Counted from the first letter of the stretch, positions 49,835-59,845 are shown. The stretch: 64,000 nt of DNA from Candidatus Rokuibacteriota bacterium (GCA_003220225.1 QHRU01000049.1:21430-85429); one strand, 5' to 3'. Numbers and translations are program-made. Notes: a model not told the origin generated them from the letters alone.

Positions 49835-50431
49835 TCAGTCGGTCGGATTCACCATCAGGCGCACCGTCACACGGCGCAGCTTGGCGTGCTCCGCGTTCGC
49901 CGCGACGAGCACGCCCATCCCGATCGAGTGGATCCGGGCGATGTCCGTGCCGTTCTCGATCAGGTAACGGCGCACCGACTCCACGCGCCGCTGGCTCAGT
50001 CCCACGTTGTACTCGCGCGTCCCCGTGGGGTCGGTGTAGCCCTCGAGGTCCACCGTCAGGTCGACGTTCGTCTTCAGCTCCTTCACGACGCCCAGCAGCG
50101 CGGTCTGCGCGCCGTCCGACAAGTCGCTGCGGTCGAATCCGAACTGCACATGCAGCGTCTCGACCACGTTGCGCTTGTTGCGACCGGTCCAGACGCGCGT
50201 GAGCCGCGCGTTCACCTCGTCGGCGCGGCCGAAGGCGGCCTCGGCGCGGCCCTGCGCCGTGCCCGCGGCCGTGCCGACGTCCTTCACTGCGACGTCCACC
50301 TGCGCGAAACGCTCGTCCATCTGCGCCTGCCTCTTGCCGAGCTTCTCGTTGACCCAGTCCTTCGTCGCGCAGCCCGCCGTGGCGACCGCCACGAGCACGA
50401 GCGGCGCGCTCCACGTCACGATTCGTCGCAT
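49835..50431 (-). CDS. OmpA family lipoprotein (peptidoglycan-associated OmpA/MotB C-terminal domain)
   Basis: Start moved to MRRIVTWSAPLVLVAVATAGC (lipobox). OmpA_C motifs NVGLSQRRV. Confidence 0.8.
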   Translation of the reverse strand: MRRIVTWSAPLVLVAVATAGCATKDWVNEKLGKRQAQMDERFAQVDVAVKDVGTAAGTAQGRAEAAFGRADEVNARLTRVWTGRNKRNVVETLHVQFGFDRSDLSDGAQTALLGVVKELKTNVDLTVDLEGYTDPTGTREYNVGLSQRRVESVRRYLIENGTDIARIHSIGMGVLVAANAEHAKLRRVTVRLMVNPTD

Positions 50432-50636
50432 GGCCTGGTCCTCCTGTTGGCGTTGCACTGCGAGCGCATCCGGGGGGAGCCGGGCCAGTGCAACGCGCGA
50501 GCCAAGGGCGGAAGTCCGCAAGTTTGGACCGCGCGGTGTCGCGCGCGTGGCGGCGGCATGACACTCGCGTCAGAGCGGTGACGGAGATGACACGGCCGCG
50601 TGGGAAGAACTTTTCCGTGGGCGCACCGGTCGGGCG

Positions 50637-50927
50637 CTAAAGGCAGACGCCGATCTCGCGTCCGGGCTCGGCCGCGCGGTAGGTGTCTTCCTCGACGCGG
50701 TGCCAGCGGCCCTGGGTGTCGCGCACCCACCAGTCGTGCACGAGGCGGTCACGGCGCACCTGGCCGACGCGGCCGAGCTCGTCGGTGCGCACGCCCCGAA
50801 ACTCGCTGTCGAGCCGCGTGCGTTCCTCGCGCCGGTCGGCCACGACGGTGGCCGGACGGCATGCGAGGGATGCGCAGCCCGCGAGCAGCGCGACGAGAGG
50901 CGGCAGCAGGAGGGCACGGCGGCGCAC
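50637..50927 (-). CDS. hypothetical lipoprotein
   Basis: GTG start. Lipobox LLAGC. Confidence 0.42.
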   Translation of the reverse strand: MRRRALLLPPLVALLAGCASLACRPATVVADRREERTRLDSEFRGVRTDELGRVGQVRRDRLVHDWWVRDTQGRWHRVEEDTYRAAEPGREIGVCL

Positions 50928-50992
50928 GGGCGATTGTCCCACGCGCCCGCCCTTGACATCGGGCCGCTTTGATCGGACAGTGACGCGCACCG

Positions 50993-51709
50993 ATGTTCGG
51001 AGCGGTTCGGGCGCCCCGCGTATACGAGCACATCGTCGCGCAGATCGAGCGCGCGATTTACGAGGGACGGTTCGCGCACGGCGACAAGCTCCCGCCCGAG
51101 CGTCAGCTCGTGCGCGAGTTCGGCGCCAGCCGCGTGGCCGTGCGGGAGGCGCTGCGCGCGCTCGAGCACCGCGGCCTCGTCGAGGTGCGGCAGGGGTCCG
51201 CCGGCGGCTATTTCATCCGCGAGCTGGACGCCATGCCCGTCGTGCGCGACCTGTCGACGCTCTTCCGCCTCGGCCGCGTGTCGCTGCCGCAGCTCGCGGA
51301 GGCGCGGGCCCTGCTCGAGCCGGAATCGGCGCGGCTGGCCGCCTCGCGCGTCACCGACCACGAGCTCAAGATGCTCGGCGAGTGCCTGGAGACGCGCACC
51401 GAGCCCGGGATCACCTCGCGCCGGCGCCGGGCGCTGGACGCGGAGTTCCACCGTCAGGTGGCCGCCGCCGCCCGCAATCCCGTCCACGCCGCGGTGACCC
51501 ACGCGCTCACCGCGCTGGAGATCAAGGTGGTCGCCCAGCGCGCCGAGCTCACGCCGGAGGACGACGCCGCCATCATTGCCGCGCATCTCGCGATTCACGA
51601 CGCGATCGCTCGCCGCGACGGCGACACCGCGCGCACGGCCATGTACGCGCACATCCTGGACGTCGAGCGCCGGCTCGCCCGTGGCGTCGTCACGCGCGCG
51701 GCGTCCTGA
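50993..51709 (+). CDS. GntR family transcriptional regulator (FadR/FCD subfamily)
   Basis: N-terminal wHTH (ERQLVREFGASRVAVREAL) and C-terminal FCD domain. Confidence 0.85.
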   Translation: MFGAVRAPRVYEHIVAQIERAIYEGRFAHGDKLPPERQLVREFGASRVAVREALRALEHRGLVEVRQGSAGGYFIRELDAMPVVRDLSTLFRLGRVSLPQLAEARALLEPESARLAASRVTDHELKMLGECLETRTEPGITSRRRRALDAEFHRQVAAAARNPVHAAVTHALTALEIKVVAQRAELTPEDDAAIIAAHLAIHDAIARRDGDTARTAMYAHILDVERRLARGVVTRAAS

Positions 51710-51725
51710 CCCTCGGGAGGCTCCC

Positions 51726-52937
51726 GTGAGCGCACGCCGTGCCGTGGCCACCCTCGCCGCTGCCGTCACGCTCGTCGCCGCCGCGCCCTGCGCCGCGCAG
51801 GCGCCGATCCGGATCGGCGAGATCAACTCGTTCAGCGGCATCGGCGCGCCGTTCACCGGCCCCTATCGCCAGGCCATCGAGATGGCGGTGGAGGAGGTCA
51901 ACGCCCGCGGCGGCGTGCTCGGCCGAAAGGTCGAGGTGCTCTTCCGCGACGACAAGGGGCAGCCGGCGGAGGCGGTCAAGCACGCCCAGGAGCTGGTGGC
52001 GAGCGAGAAAGTCAGTCTGATCTCCGGCACCTTCCTGTCGAACGTCGGCCTCGCCGTGTCCGACTGGGCGAAGCAGAACCGGACGCTGTTCGTCGCCGCC
52101 GAGCCGCTCACCGAGGCCATCACGTGGGCCAAGGGCCACGACCACGTCTTCCGCGTGCGACCGAACACCTACGAGCAGGGGCGCATGCTCGCCGAGAAGG
52201 CCGGCAAGCTGAAGTACGTGAAGTGGGCGACCATCGGCCCCAACTACGAGTACGGCAAGCGCGCGTGGGAAACGTTCCGCGATCGCCTCAAGGAGCTGAA
52301 GCCGGACGTGCAGGTCGTCGGCGAGCACTGGCCGACGCTGGGGAAGCTCGAGGCGGGGCCGTTCGTCACCGCCATCCTCAACCAGAACCCCGACGCGCTC
52401 TACGTGTCGCTCTTCGGCAGCGATTGGATCGCGTTCGTGCGCGAGGCCAAGAAGCGCGGGCTCTTCGACAAGACGTTCGTGGTCGGCATCCTGCTCGGCG
52501 AGCCGGAGTACATCGACCCGCTCGGCCTCGAAGCCCCCGAGGGCATGCTCGTCACCGGGTATCCCTGGTACGACATCGGCGCGCCGCCGCACAAGGACTT
52601 CGTCGCGCGCTTCACGAAGAAGTACGACAAGAACCCGGTGCTCGGCTCGCTCGTCGGCTACGTCACCTATCTCTCCATCTTCGAGGCGATCCGCAAGGCG
52701 GGCTCCACCGACACCGACAAGCTCGTGGCCGCCTTCCGCGGCCTGCGCGTGGAGACGCCGATCGGACCGATCAGCTATCGCGCGTCCGACGGGCAGTCCA
52801 CGATGGGCGCGTGGGTCGGCACCACCAAGCTCGACGCCAGGCGCGGCGTCGGGATCATGGTGAACCACGAGTACGTGCCGGGTGAAAAAGTGCTGCCGTC
52901 CGACGACGACGTGAAGAAGCTCCGAAGCGGCAACTGA
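51726..52937 (+). CDS. ABC transporter substrate-binding protein (branched-chain amino acid / amide type, Peripla_BP_6)
   Basis: GTG start with GGGAGG RBS. Signal peptide. LivJ/K-like fold. Confidence 0.8.
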   Translation: MSARRAVATLAAAVTLVAAAPCAAQAPIRIGEINSFSGIGAPFTGPYRQAIEMAVEEVNARGGVLGRKVEVLFRDDKGQPAEAVKHAQELVASEKVSLISGTFLSNVGLAVSDWAKQNRTLFVAAEPLTEAITWAKGHDHVFRVRPNTYEQGRMLAEKAGKLKYVKWATIGPNYEYGKRAWETFRDRLKELKPDVQVVGEHWPTLGKLEAGPFVTAILNQNPDALYVSLFGSDWIAFVREAKKRGLFDKTFVVGILLGEPEYIDPLGLEAPEGMLVTGYPWYDIGAPPHKDFVARFTKKYDKNPVLGSLVGYVTYLSIFEAIRKAGSTDTDKLVAAFRGLRVETPIGPISYRASDGQSTMGAWVGTTKLDARRGVGIMVNHEYVPGEKVLPSDDDVKKLRSGN

Positions 52938-52984
52938 GCCCGTCGCTCTTCCTCGTCCAGCTCCTCGCGGGGCTCGCGCACGCG

Positions 52985-54766
52985 ATGGTCCTCTTCTTCA
53001 TCGCGTCCGGGCTCTCGCTCATCTTCGGCGTGACCCGCGTCGTCAACTTCGCGCACGGGTCCTTCTACATGCTCGCCGCCTACCTCGCCTACACGCTGGC
53101 GGCGGCGCTGCCGCTGGGCGGCGCGTCCTTCTACGTGGCGGTGGCCCTCGCCGCGCTCGCCGTGGGCGCGCTCGGGACGGTGGTGGAGGTGGGCCTCCTG
53201 CGCCGCGTGTATCGTGCGCCCGAGCTCTACCAGCTGCTGCTGACCTTCGCGCTCGTGCTCGTCGTCTCCGACGTCGTCAAGCTGGTCTGGGGCAGCGAGA
53301 ACAAGACAGGGCCGAGCGCGCCCGGGCTCGGCGGCGCCGTCCGCATCGCGGGCCAGCTGGTGCCGACGTACGACCTCGCGCTCATCGCGCTCGGGCCCTG
53401 CGTGGCCGCGGCCCTCTGGTGGCTGCTCTATCGCACCCGTTGGGGCGTGCTCATCCGCGCGGCCACTCTGGACCGCGAGATGGTGGCGCTGCTGGGCGTC
53501 GACCAGGCGCGGCTGTTCACCGGTGTGTTCGCGCTCGGCTCGCTGCTCGCAGGGCTGGCGGGAGCCCTTCAAGTGCCGCGGCAGGCGCTCACCACCGTGA
53601 TGGACGCGGCGATCATCACCGAGGCCTTCGTGGTCGTCGTCGTGGGCGGCATGGGCTCGGTGCCCGGCGCGCTCCTGGCGGCCGTCGTCATCGGCGTCAT
53701 CGACGCTTTCGGCGTGCTCGTGCTCCCGCGCGCGTCGCTCGTGCTGACGTTCGTGGTGATGGCCGTCGTGCTCGTCGTGCGTCCGTGGGGTCTGCTGGGG
53801 CGGCCCGAGGCCCAGGCGCGGTCGGCGGGCGGCGCGATCACCGCCGGCCGCGGCGTCGGCGTCCCCCGCTGGCTGATCGCCGTCCTCGTCGCGGTCCTGC
53901 TCGTCGTGCCGCCGCTGCTGCCCACGTTCTACGTCTGGGTGCTCGTCGAGATCCTCGCGTTCGCGCTCTTCGCGGCGAGCCTCCACCTCCTGATGGGGAC
54001 GGGCGGCATGGTCTCGTTCGGCCACGCGGCGGCCTTCGGCCTGGGCGCGTACGGCGCGGCGCTGCTCGTGCGGTGGGCGAAGGCGCCGATGCTCGTCGCG
54101 CTCGCGGCCGCGCCGGTGACGGCCGCGCTGGCCGCCGTGGTCATCGGCTTCTTCTGCGTGCGGCTGTCGTCGATCTACTTCGCGATGCTCACGCTCGCCT
54201 TCGCCCAGATCGCCTACGCGATCGTGCACCAGTGGTACGACGTGACGGGCGGTGACAACGGCCTCCTCGGCATCTGGCCCGCGCCCTGGCTCGCGTCGCC
54301 GGTCCGCTACTACTACCTCGCCCTCGCCGCGTGCGGCGCCGGTCTCGCCGCGCTGGCTGCGATCGGCCGCGCGCCGTTCGGGCTCACGCTGCGCGCCGCG
54401 CGCGACCACGCGCGCCGCGCGGAGGCGGTCGGGATCGACGTGCACGCGCACCAGTGGCGGGCCTTCGTCGTCGCCGGCTTCTTCGGCGGGCTCGCGGGCG
54501 GCACCTTCGTGTTCCTCAAGGGCAGCGTGTTCCCCGAGTCGCTGGCGGTGCCGGTCTCGGTGGAGCCGCTCGTGATGGTGCTGCTGGGGGGCGTGCACTC
54601 GCTGGCGGGCGCGCCGCTCGGCGCCGCGCTCTACAAGCTGCTCGACACCGTGGTGACGCGTTACACGGAATACTGGCAGCTCGTGCTCGGCGTCATCCTC
54701 GTGGCCCTGGTGCTTGTGTTTCCGCGCGGGATCCTCGGCGTGCTGGGGGCGCGCGAGCGTGGCTGA
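52985..54766 (+). CDS. fused branched-chain amino acid ABC transporter permease (LivH-LivM fusion)
   Basis: 593 aa with two permease modules. The true start likely lies about 15 codons upstream at a non-ATG codon. Confidence 0.8.
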   Translation: MVLFFIASGLSLIFGVTRVVNFAHGSFYMLAAYLAYTLAAALPLGGASFYVAVALAALAVGALGTVVEVGLLRRVYRAPELYQLLLTFALVLVVSDVVKLVWGSENKTGPSAPGLGGAVRIAGQLVPTYDLALIALGPCVAAALWWLLYRTRWGVLIRAATLDREMVALLGVDQARLFTGVFALGSLLAGLAGALQVPRQALTTVMDAAIITEAFVVVVVGGMGSVPGALLAAVVIGVIDAFGVLVLPRASLVLTFVVMAVVLVVRPWGLLGRPEAQARSAGGAITAGRGVGVPRWLIAVLVAVLLVVPPLLPTFYVWVLVEILAFALFAASLHLLMGTGGMVSFGHAAAFGLGAYGAALLVRWAKAPMLVALAAAPVTAALAAVVIGFFCVRLSSIYFAMLTLAFAQIAYAIVHQWYDVTGGDNGLLGIWPAPWLASPVRYYYLALAACGAGLAALAAIGRAPFGLTLRAARDHARRAEAVGIDVHAHQWRAFVVAGFFGGLAGGTFVFLKGSVFPESLAVPVSVEPLVMVLLGGVHSLAGAPLGAALYKLLDTVVTRYTEYWQLVLGVILVALVLVFPRGILGVLGARERG

Positions 54767-55514
54767 GCGCGCCCCCGTCCTGGAGGTCGAGAACGTCCGG
54801 CGCGCGTTCGGCGGGGTGCGCGCGGTCGACGGCGTGTCGTTCGCCCTCGAGCGCGGCGAGATCCGCGCCCTCATCGGCCCCAACGGCGCCGGCAAGTCAA
54901 CCTTCTTCGACATCCTCACGGGTCAGCTCCGCGCCGACGCGGGCGAGGTGCGCTGGCGCGGTCGTCCCATCGGCGGGCTGCCGCCGCACGCGATCTGGCG
55001 CCTGGGCATCAGCCGCACCTTCCAGATCACGGCCACGTTCGCGACGCTCACCGTCCTCGAGAACGTGCAGGTCGCGCGGCTGTCGCACGCGGGTCGGAGC
55101 CGCGTGCTGCTGATTCCCGCCGCGCGGCTGGAGATCGCGCCGTCGCGCGCGCTGCTGGAGCAGGTGGGGCTCGCCGAGCAGGCCACGCGGGCGGCCGGGG
55201 TGCTCGCCTACGGCGATCTCAAGAAGCTGGAGCTCGCGATCGCGCTCGCCAACGATCCCGCGCTGCTGCTGCTCGACGAGCCCACGGCGGGGATGGCGCC
55301 CGGCGAGCGCGGCGCGCTGATGGCGCTGACGGCGCGGATCGCGCGTGAGCGCGGGCTCACCGTGCTCTTCACCGAGCACGACATGGACGTCGTCTTCGCG
55401 GTCGCCGAGCGGATCATGGTGCTGCACCAGGGCCGCGTGATCGCCGACGGTCCGCCGGCCGCCGTGCGGGCCGACCGCGAGGTGCAGGCCGTGTACCTCG
55501 GCGAGGATCCGTGA
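54759..55514 (+). CDS. ABC transporter ATP-binding protein (LivG-like)
   Basis: Walker A GPNGAGKST. ABC signature. GTG start overlapping the permease stop. Confidence 0.85.
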   Translation: MAERAPVLEVENVRRAFGGVRAVDGVSFALERGEIRALIGPNGAGKSTFFDILTGQLRADAGEVRWRGRPIGGLPPHAIWRLGISRTFQITATFATLTVLENVQVARLSHAGRSRVLLIPAARLEIAPSRALLEQVGLAEQATRAAGVLAYGDLKKLELAIALANDPALLLLDEPTAGMAPGERGALMALTARIARERGLTVLFTEHDMDVVFAVAERIMVLHQGRVIADGPPAAVRADREVQAVYLGEDP

Positions 55515-56203
55515 TGTTCGAGCTGGCGGACGTCCACGCGGTCTACGGCCGCAGCCGCGTGCTGCACGGCGTGAGCCTGCGCGCCGGCGAGGGCGAAGTG
55601 GTCGCGCTGCTCGGACGCAACGGCGCCGGGAAGTCCACCACGCTCAAGGCGATCGTGGGCGTCGTCGAGGTGACGGCGGGCGACATCCGCTTCGAGGGGC
55701 GCTCGCTGCGCGGCGTGCCGACGCATCGCGTGGCCCGGCTCGGGATCGGGCTCGTGCCGGAAGACCGGCGGATCTTCGCCGATCTCACGGTGGCGGAAAA
55801 TCTCTTGGTAGGTGCGCGGCCGGACAGCGGCTGGACGGTCGATCGCGTCTTCGGCCTCTTCCCCAAGCTCGCCGAGCTCGCGCGCCAGCGCGGCGGCAGC
55901 CTCTCGGGCGGCGAGCAGCAGATGCTGACGATCGCACGCACGCTGATGACGGGCCCGCGCCTGCTGCTCCTCGATGAGCCCTCGGAGGGGCTGGCGCCGG
56001 TCGTCGTCGCCGCGCTCGCCGAGAACGTGGCCGCTCTGAAGCGCCAGGGGCTGACCATTCTCATGGCCGAGCAGAACGTGAAGTTCGCCCGCCGGCTGAC
56101 CGACCGCGCCTACATCATCGAGAAGGGCCAGATCCGCTTCGAGGGGACGATGGCCACCCTCGACGCCGACGAGTCGCTGCGCCGCGCGTACCTGTCTGTT
56201 TGA
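55511..56203 (+). CDS. ABC transporter ATP-binding protein (LivF-like)
   Basis: Walker A GRNGAGKST. Signature LSGGEQQ. Confidence 0.85.
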   Translation: MMFELADVHAVYGRSRVLHGVSLRAGEGEVVALLGRNGAGKSTTLKAIVGVVEVTAGDIRFEGRSLRGVPTHRVARLGIGLVPEDRRIFADLTVAENLLVGARPDSGWTVDRVFGLFPKLAELARQRGGSLSGGEQQMLTIARTLMTGPRLLLLDEPSEGLAPVVVAALAENVAALKRQGLTILMAEQNVKFARRLTDRAYIIEKGQIRFEGTMATLDADESLRRAYLSV

Positions 56204-56412
56204 ATGGGGGGCCCCGAAATGGCCCCCCATACCCCCCAACGCTCGTCGCGCCCCGGCGCAGCCGTGGCGCGCCTCGACCCCCAACGCTCGTCGCGCCCCG
56301 GCGTAGCCGTGGCGCGCCTCGACCCCCAACGCTCGTCGCGCCCCGGCGCAGCCGTGGCGCGCCTCGCCCCCCAACGCTCGTCGCGCCCCGGCGCAGCCGT
56401 GGCGCGCCTCGG
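56204..56412. repeat. GC-rich REP/MITE-like repeat, copy C (reverse orientation): hairpin 56206-56228, followed by 4 tandem copies of a 45-bp unit (56233-56412)
   Basis: The hairpin is the reverse complement of the copy A/B hairpin. Unit is cccccaacgctcgtcgcgccccggcgcagccgtggcgcgcctcga, repeated 4 times with 1-2 mismatches. Confidence 0.85.
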
Positions 56413-56459
56413 TCGCGGGTATGATTTTTGCGGTCTGTTCCGGTCGATGGCGGGCGGAG

Positions 56460-56736
56460 GACCAACTGCCTGTTCGTCGAGGCCGCGCTCGTCGCCAACG
56501 CCGTCGTCGACATCACCGCGGTGGCCGAGCGCAAGCGCCTGGCCATGCAGGCATTCCCGAGCCAGCAGACGGAGTTCGACTATCCGCGGGCGATGGACGG
56601 CCTCAACACCTACCGCTCGCTGCACCGCGGGCGCGCCCGCGGTCTCGCCGAGGCGTTCCACGTCGCCGAGCTCGACGTGTACCGCCGGCTGTTCGACCTG
56701 ATCGCGATCGGCCGGCGCCGCGCCGCGACGGCGTAG
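56460..56736 (+). pseudogene. C-terminal remnant of a PIG-L/LmbE family deacetylase
   Basis: ...CLFVEAALVANAVVDITAVAERKRLAMQAFPSQQ... matches the C-terminal 'kk.a.l..h.sQ' region of LmbE-like proteins. No N-terminal catalytic half. Abuts the tandem repeat. Confidence 0.35.
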
Positions 56737-56807
56737 CGCGCGCTCGCGCGCGAGGGTTGCGTCCTTCCGCCCGATTTGACACACTCGCGCGACGGAGGCC
56801 CCGCGCG

Positions 56808-57983
56808 ATGAAGACGCTCGTCCGCAACATCGGCACGCTCGTCAGCGGCGACATCGGCCGGCCGCTGCTCGACGCCGACGCACTCGTCATCCGCGACGGG
56901 CAGATCGCCGCCGTGGGCCGCGGGCTCGACGAGGACGCCGACACGGTGATCGACGCGCGCGGCACCACGGTGCTGCCGGGGCTGATCGACTCGCACGTCC
57001 ATCCGGTCTTCGGCGACTTCACCCCACGCCAGCGCACCATGGACTTCATCGACTCCGGCATGAACGGCGGCGTGACCACAGCGATCTCGGCGGGCGAAGT
57101 CCACCTGCCGGGCCGGCCCAAGGACATCGTCGGCCTCAAGGCGCTCGCGATCGTCGCCGCGAAGTCCTACGCGAACTTCCGGCCCGGCGGCGTGAAGGTC
57201 CACGCGGGCGCGCCGATTCTGGAGCTCGGCATGACCGAGGGCGACTTCGCCGAGATGGCGGCGGCCGGCGTGCGACTCGTCGGCGAGATCGGCCTCGGCT
57301 CGGTGAAGACGGGCAAGGACGCGGCGCCCATGGTGCGCTGGGCCCGGGCGCACGGCATGACGGTGACCATCCACACGGGCGGGCCGTCCATCGCGGGCAG
57401 CAGCCCGATCAACGCGGACGTCGTGCTGGAGGCGGCGCCCGACGTCGTCGGCCACGTCAACGGCGGCACGACGTCGATGACGCCGGCCGAGATCGAGCGG
57501 CTCGTCGCGACGGACATGGCGCTCGAGATCGTGCAGTGCGGAAACATGAAGACCGCGCTCCACACGCTGCGCGTCGCGCGCGACGCGCGGGCGGCGCACC
57601 GGCTGATCATCGGCAACGACGCGCCCTCGGGAACCGGCGTGATCCCGCTCGGCGTGCTCCGCACGCTGAGCGTGCTGGCCGCGCTCGGCGGGTTGCCGCC
57701 GGCGGAGGCGATCGCGTGTGCCACCGGCAACACGGCGCGCGTGTACAAGCTCGACTGCGGCGTGATCGCCGCCGGCCGAGCCGCGGACCTCGTGATCTGC
57801 GACGCGCCGACCGGCTCGATCGCCTCCGACGCGCTCGGCGCCCTGGCCGCCGGCGACCTGCCGGGCATCTCGATGGTGCTGATCGACGGCCGCATCACGA
57901 TCGGCCGCAGCCGCAACACGCCGCCCGCCGCCCGCGCGGCCGAGGTCGTCAAGGGGCACGGGCCCGCGGGAGCCGGCCACTAG
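56808..57983 (+). CDS. amidohydrolase family protein, enamidase-like cyclic amidohydrolase
   Basis: RBS GACGGAGG. N-terminal MKTLVRNIGTLVSGDIG...VLPGLIDSHVHPVFGD metal-binding motif, typical of enamidase/imidazolonepropionase-like enzymes. Confidence 0.7.
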   Translation: MKTLVRNIGTLVSGDIGRPLLDADALVIRDGQIAAVGRGLDEDADTVIDARGTTVLPGLIDSHVHPVFGDFTPRQRTMDFIDSGMNGGVTTAISAGEVHLPGRPKDIVGLKALAIVAAKSYANFRPGGVKVHAGAPILELGMTEGDFAEMAAAGVRLVGEIGLGSVKTGKDAAPMVRWARAHGMTVTIHTGGPSIAGSSPINADVVLEAAPDVVGHVNGGTTSMTPAEIERLVATDMALEIVQCGNMKTALHTLRVARDARAAHRLIIGNDAPSGTGVIPLGVLRTLSVLAALGGLPPAEAIACATGNTARVYKLDCGVIAAGRAADLVICDAPTGSIASDALGALAAGDLPGISMVLIDGRITIGRSRNTPPAARAAEVVKGHGPAGAGH

Positions 57984-59203
57984 TGCGCGTTCGGCCGTTC
58001 CGCGGTTATCGCTACGCGATCGGCAGGGAGCGAGAGATCAGCAAGGTCGTCGCGCCGCCGTACGATCAGATCAGCGCCGAGCAGCAGGACGCGCTGTACG
58101 CGATGAGTCCCGCCAACATCGTTCGCGTCTCGTACCCCAGGGACGACGGCGACAAGTACGCGCGGGCGCGCGCCACGCTGGACGCGTGGCTGGCCGAGGG
58201 GGTGTGGGGGCAGGAGGAATCGCCCGCGATCTATCCCTACCATCAGACCTATCGTGTGGGCAGCCGGGAGGTCACGCGCGTCGGCCTCGTCGCGCTCGGA
58301 CAGGTGACCGACTACGCGGGCGGCGAGGTGCTGCCCCACGAGCGCACTCACGCGGGGCCGAAGCAGGACCGCATGCGGCTGCTCGAGGCGACGGGGGCGG
58401 ACACGGGACTGCTCTTCATGGTGGTCGCCGACGCCAGCGGCGCCCTGCTGGAGGCGTCGAGGCCCGGCGGCGAGCCCATCGCGGAGGCGCGCGACCTCAG
58501 GGGCGAGCGCCATCGCCTCTGGCGCGTGACCGACGCGGCGGCGGTCGCGCGCGTCCAGGCGGCGCTCGCCGCCGCCCGCGTGATCATCGCCGACGGCCAC
58601 CATCGCTACGAGACGGCGGTGGAGTACGCGCGCCGGCATCCCGGCGCCGACGACAAGCTGATGGCGTTCTTCAGCCTCGACGCGCCGGGGCTGACGATCT
58701 TTCCCAACCATCGGCTCGTCCACCGGGTGGACGGGTTCTCGCTCGCACGATTGAGCGCGGGCGCGCGGCGCTGGTTCGAGGTGGCGCCGCTCGCCGATCC
58801 GCTGGCGTTCCGACCGACCAACCGCGCGCTCGGCGTCGTCACCGCCGATAGCGCGGTCACCCTGACGCTCCGGCCCGACGCCTTCGACGCGCTGCCGTGG
58901 CCGGCCGGCACGTCGCGGGCGTGGCGCGAGCTGGCGGTGTCGATCCTGCACGAGGGCGTGCTGAAGCCGCTCGGCGACGTCTCCGACGAAAGGCTCGACG
59001 CCGGGACCCACGTGGAGTACACGGCGGACCAGGAGGAGGCGGTGCGCCTGGCGCGCGCCGGGCGCTATCAGGCGGCGTTCCTCATCGCCCCGACCACGCT
59101 CCCGGAGCTGCAGGCGGTCGTGCGCGGCGGCGAAGTGCTGCCGCAGAAGTCGACGCACTTCTATCCGAAGCTCCTGGACGGTCTGGTCTTTCATCGTATT
59201 TAG
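57983..59203 (+). CDS. DUF1015 family protein
   Basis: GTG start overlapping the upstream stop. DUF1015-like motifs IYPYHQ, PHERTHAGPKQDR and IADGHHRYETA. Confidence 0.62.
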   Translation: MRVRPFRGYRYAIGREREISKVVAPPYDQISAEQQDALYAMSPANIVRVSYPRDDGDKYARARATLDAWLAEGVWGQEESPAIYPYHQTYRVGSREVTRVGLVALGQVTDYAGGEVLPHERTHAGPKQDRMRLLEATGADTGLLFMVVADASGALLEASRPGGEPIAEARDLRGERHRLWRVTDAAAVARVQAALAAARVIIADGHHRYETAVEYARRHPGADDKLMAFFSLDAPGLTIFPNHRLVHRVDGFSLARLSAGARRWFEVAPLADPLAFRPTNRALGVVTADSAVTLTLRPDAFDALPWPAGTSRAWRELAVSILHEGVLKPLGDVSDERLDAGTHVEYTADQEEAVRLARAGRYQAAFLIAPTTLPELQAVVRGGEVLPQKSTHFYPKLLDGLVFHRI

Positions 59204-59272
59204 CGTCGGAGCGGCTTCGCAGGGCTCCGCCGCTCGACGTTCGGGCGACGGTGGCGCGAGGAGACTGAGAAC

Positions 59273-59845
59273 ATGGTGAAGATCCGCAAGCTGGTCACGC
59301 TGGTCGAAGAGATCCTGAGCGACGGCGGCCGGGAGGCCAAGCACCCGGTGCGCAAGGCGGCGGCGGTGGTCGTGCTCGAGAACCCGTTCGCCGGGCGCTT
59401 CGTCGACGACCTCACGCCGCTCATCGACGCGGGCGAGGAGCTGGGGGCGCTCCTGGCCAAGAAGGCGACCGAGGCCCTCGGCGCGCCCGCCGAGTCCTAT
59501 GGAAAAGCGGCGATCGTGGGCGAGCAGGGGGAGTACGAGCACGCGGCGGCGCTCCTGCATCCGAAGCTCGGCGCGCCGCTCCGCGCGGCGGTCGGCGGCG
59601 GCAAGGCCATCATCCCGTCGGCGAAGAAGCTCGGCGGACCCGGGACGGGGATCGACGTGCCGCTGCACTTCAAGGACGCCGCGTTCGTGCGCACCCACTA
59701 CGACGCCATGGAGGTCCGCATCCCCGACGCGCCGCGCGCCAACGAGATCGTGCTGGCGATCGTCGTCACCGACGGCGGCCGGCCCCACCCGCGGATCGGC
59801 GGCCTCACCAAGGACGAGGCCAGGAAAGAGGACGGCCAGCGATGA
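59273..59845 (+). CDS. amino-acid-synthesis family protein (AA_synth / DUF1185)
   Basis: 190 aa. N-terminal MVKIRKLVTLVEE...VVLENPFAGRFVDDL pattern. Confidence 0.5.
   Translation: MVKIRKLVTLVEEILSDGGREAKHPVRKAAAVVVLENPFAGRFVDDLTPLIDAGEELGALLAKKATEALGAPAESYGKAAIVGEQGEYEHAAALLHPKLGAPLRAAVGGGKAIIPSAKKLGGPGTGIDVPLHFKDAAFVRTHYDAMEVRIPDAPRANEIVLAIVVTDGGRPHPRIGGLTKDEARKEDGQR

Noticed and set aside
56233-56412. Possible CRISPR array
   Set aside because: The 45-bp units are contiguous direct tandem repeats with no unique spacers and no cas genes nearby. Not CRISPR.
56204-56424. ORFs translating the 45-bp tandem repeat (PPTLVAPRRSRGAPR x4) and the apparent read-through from LivF
   Set aside because: The periodic peptide results from translating a DNA tandem repeat. 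Both strands give open frames and there is no independent coding signal. Treated as a repeat, not a CDS.
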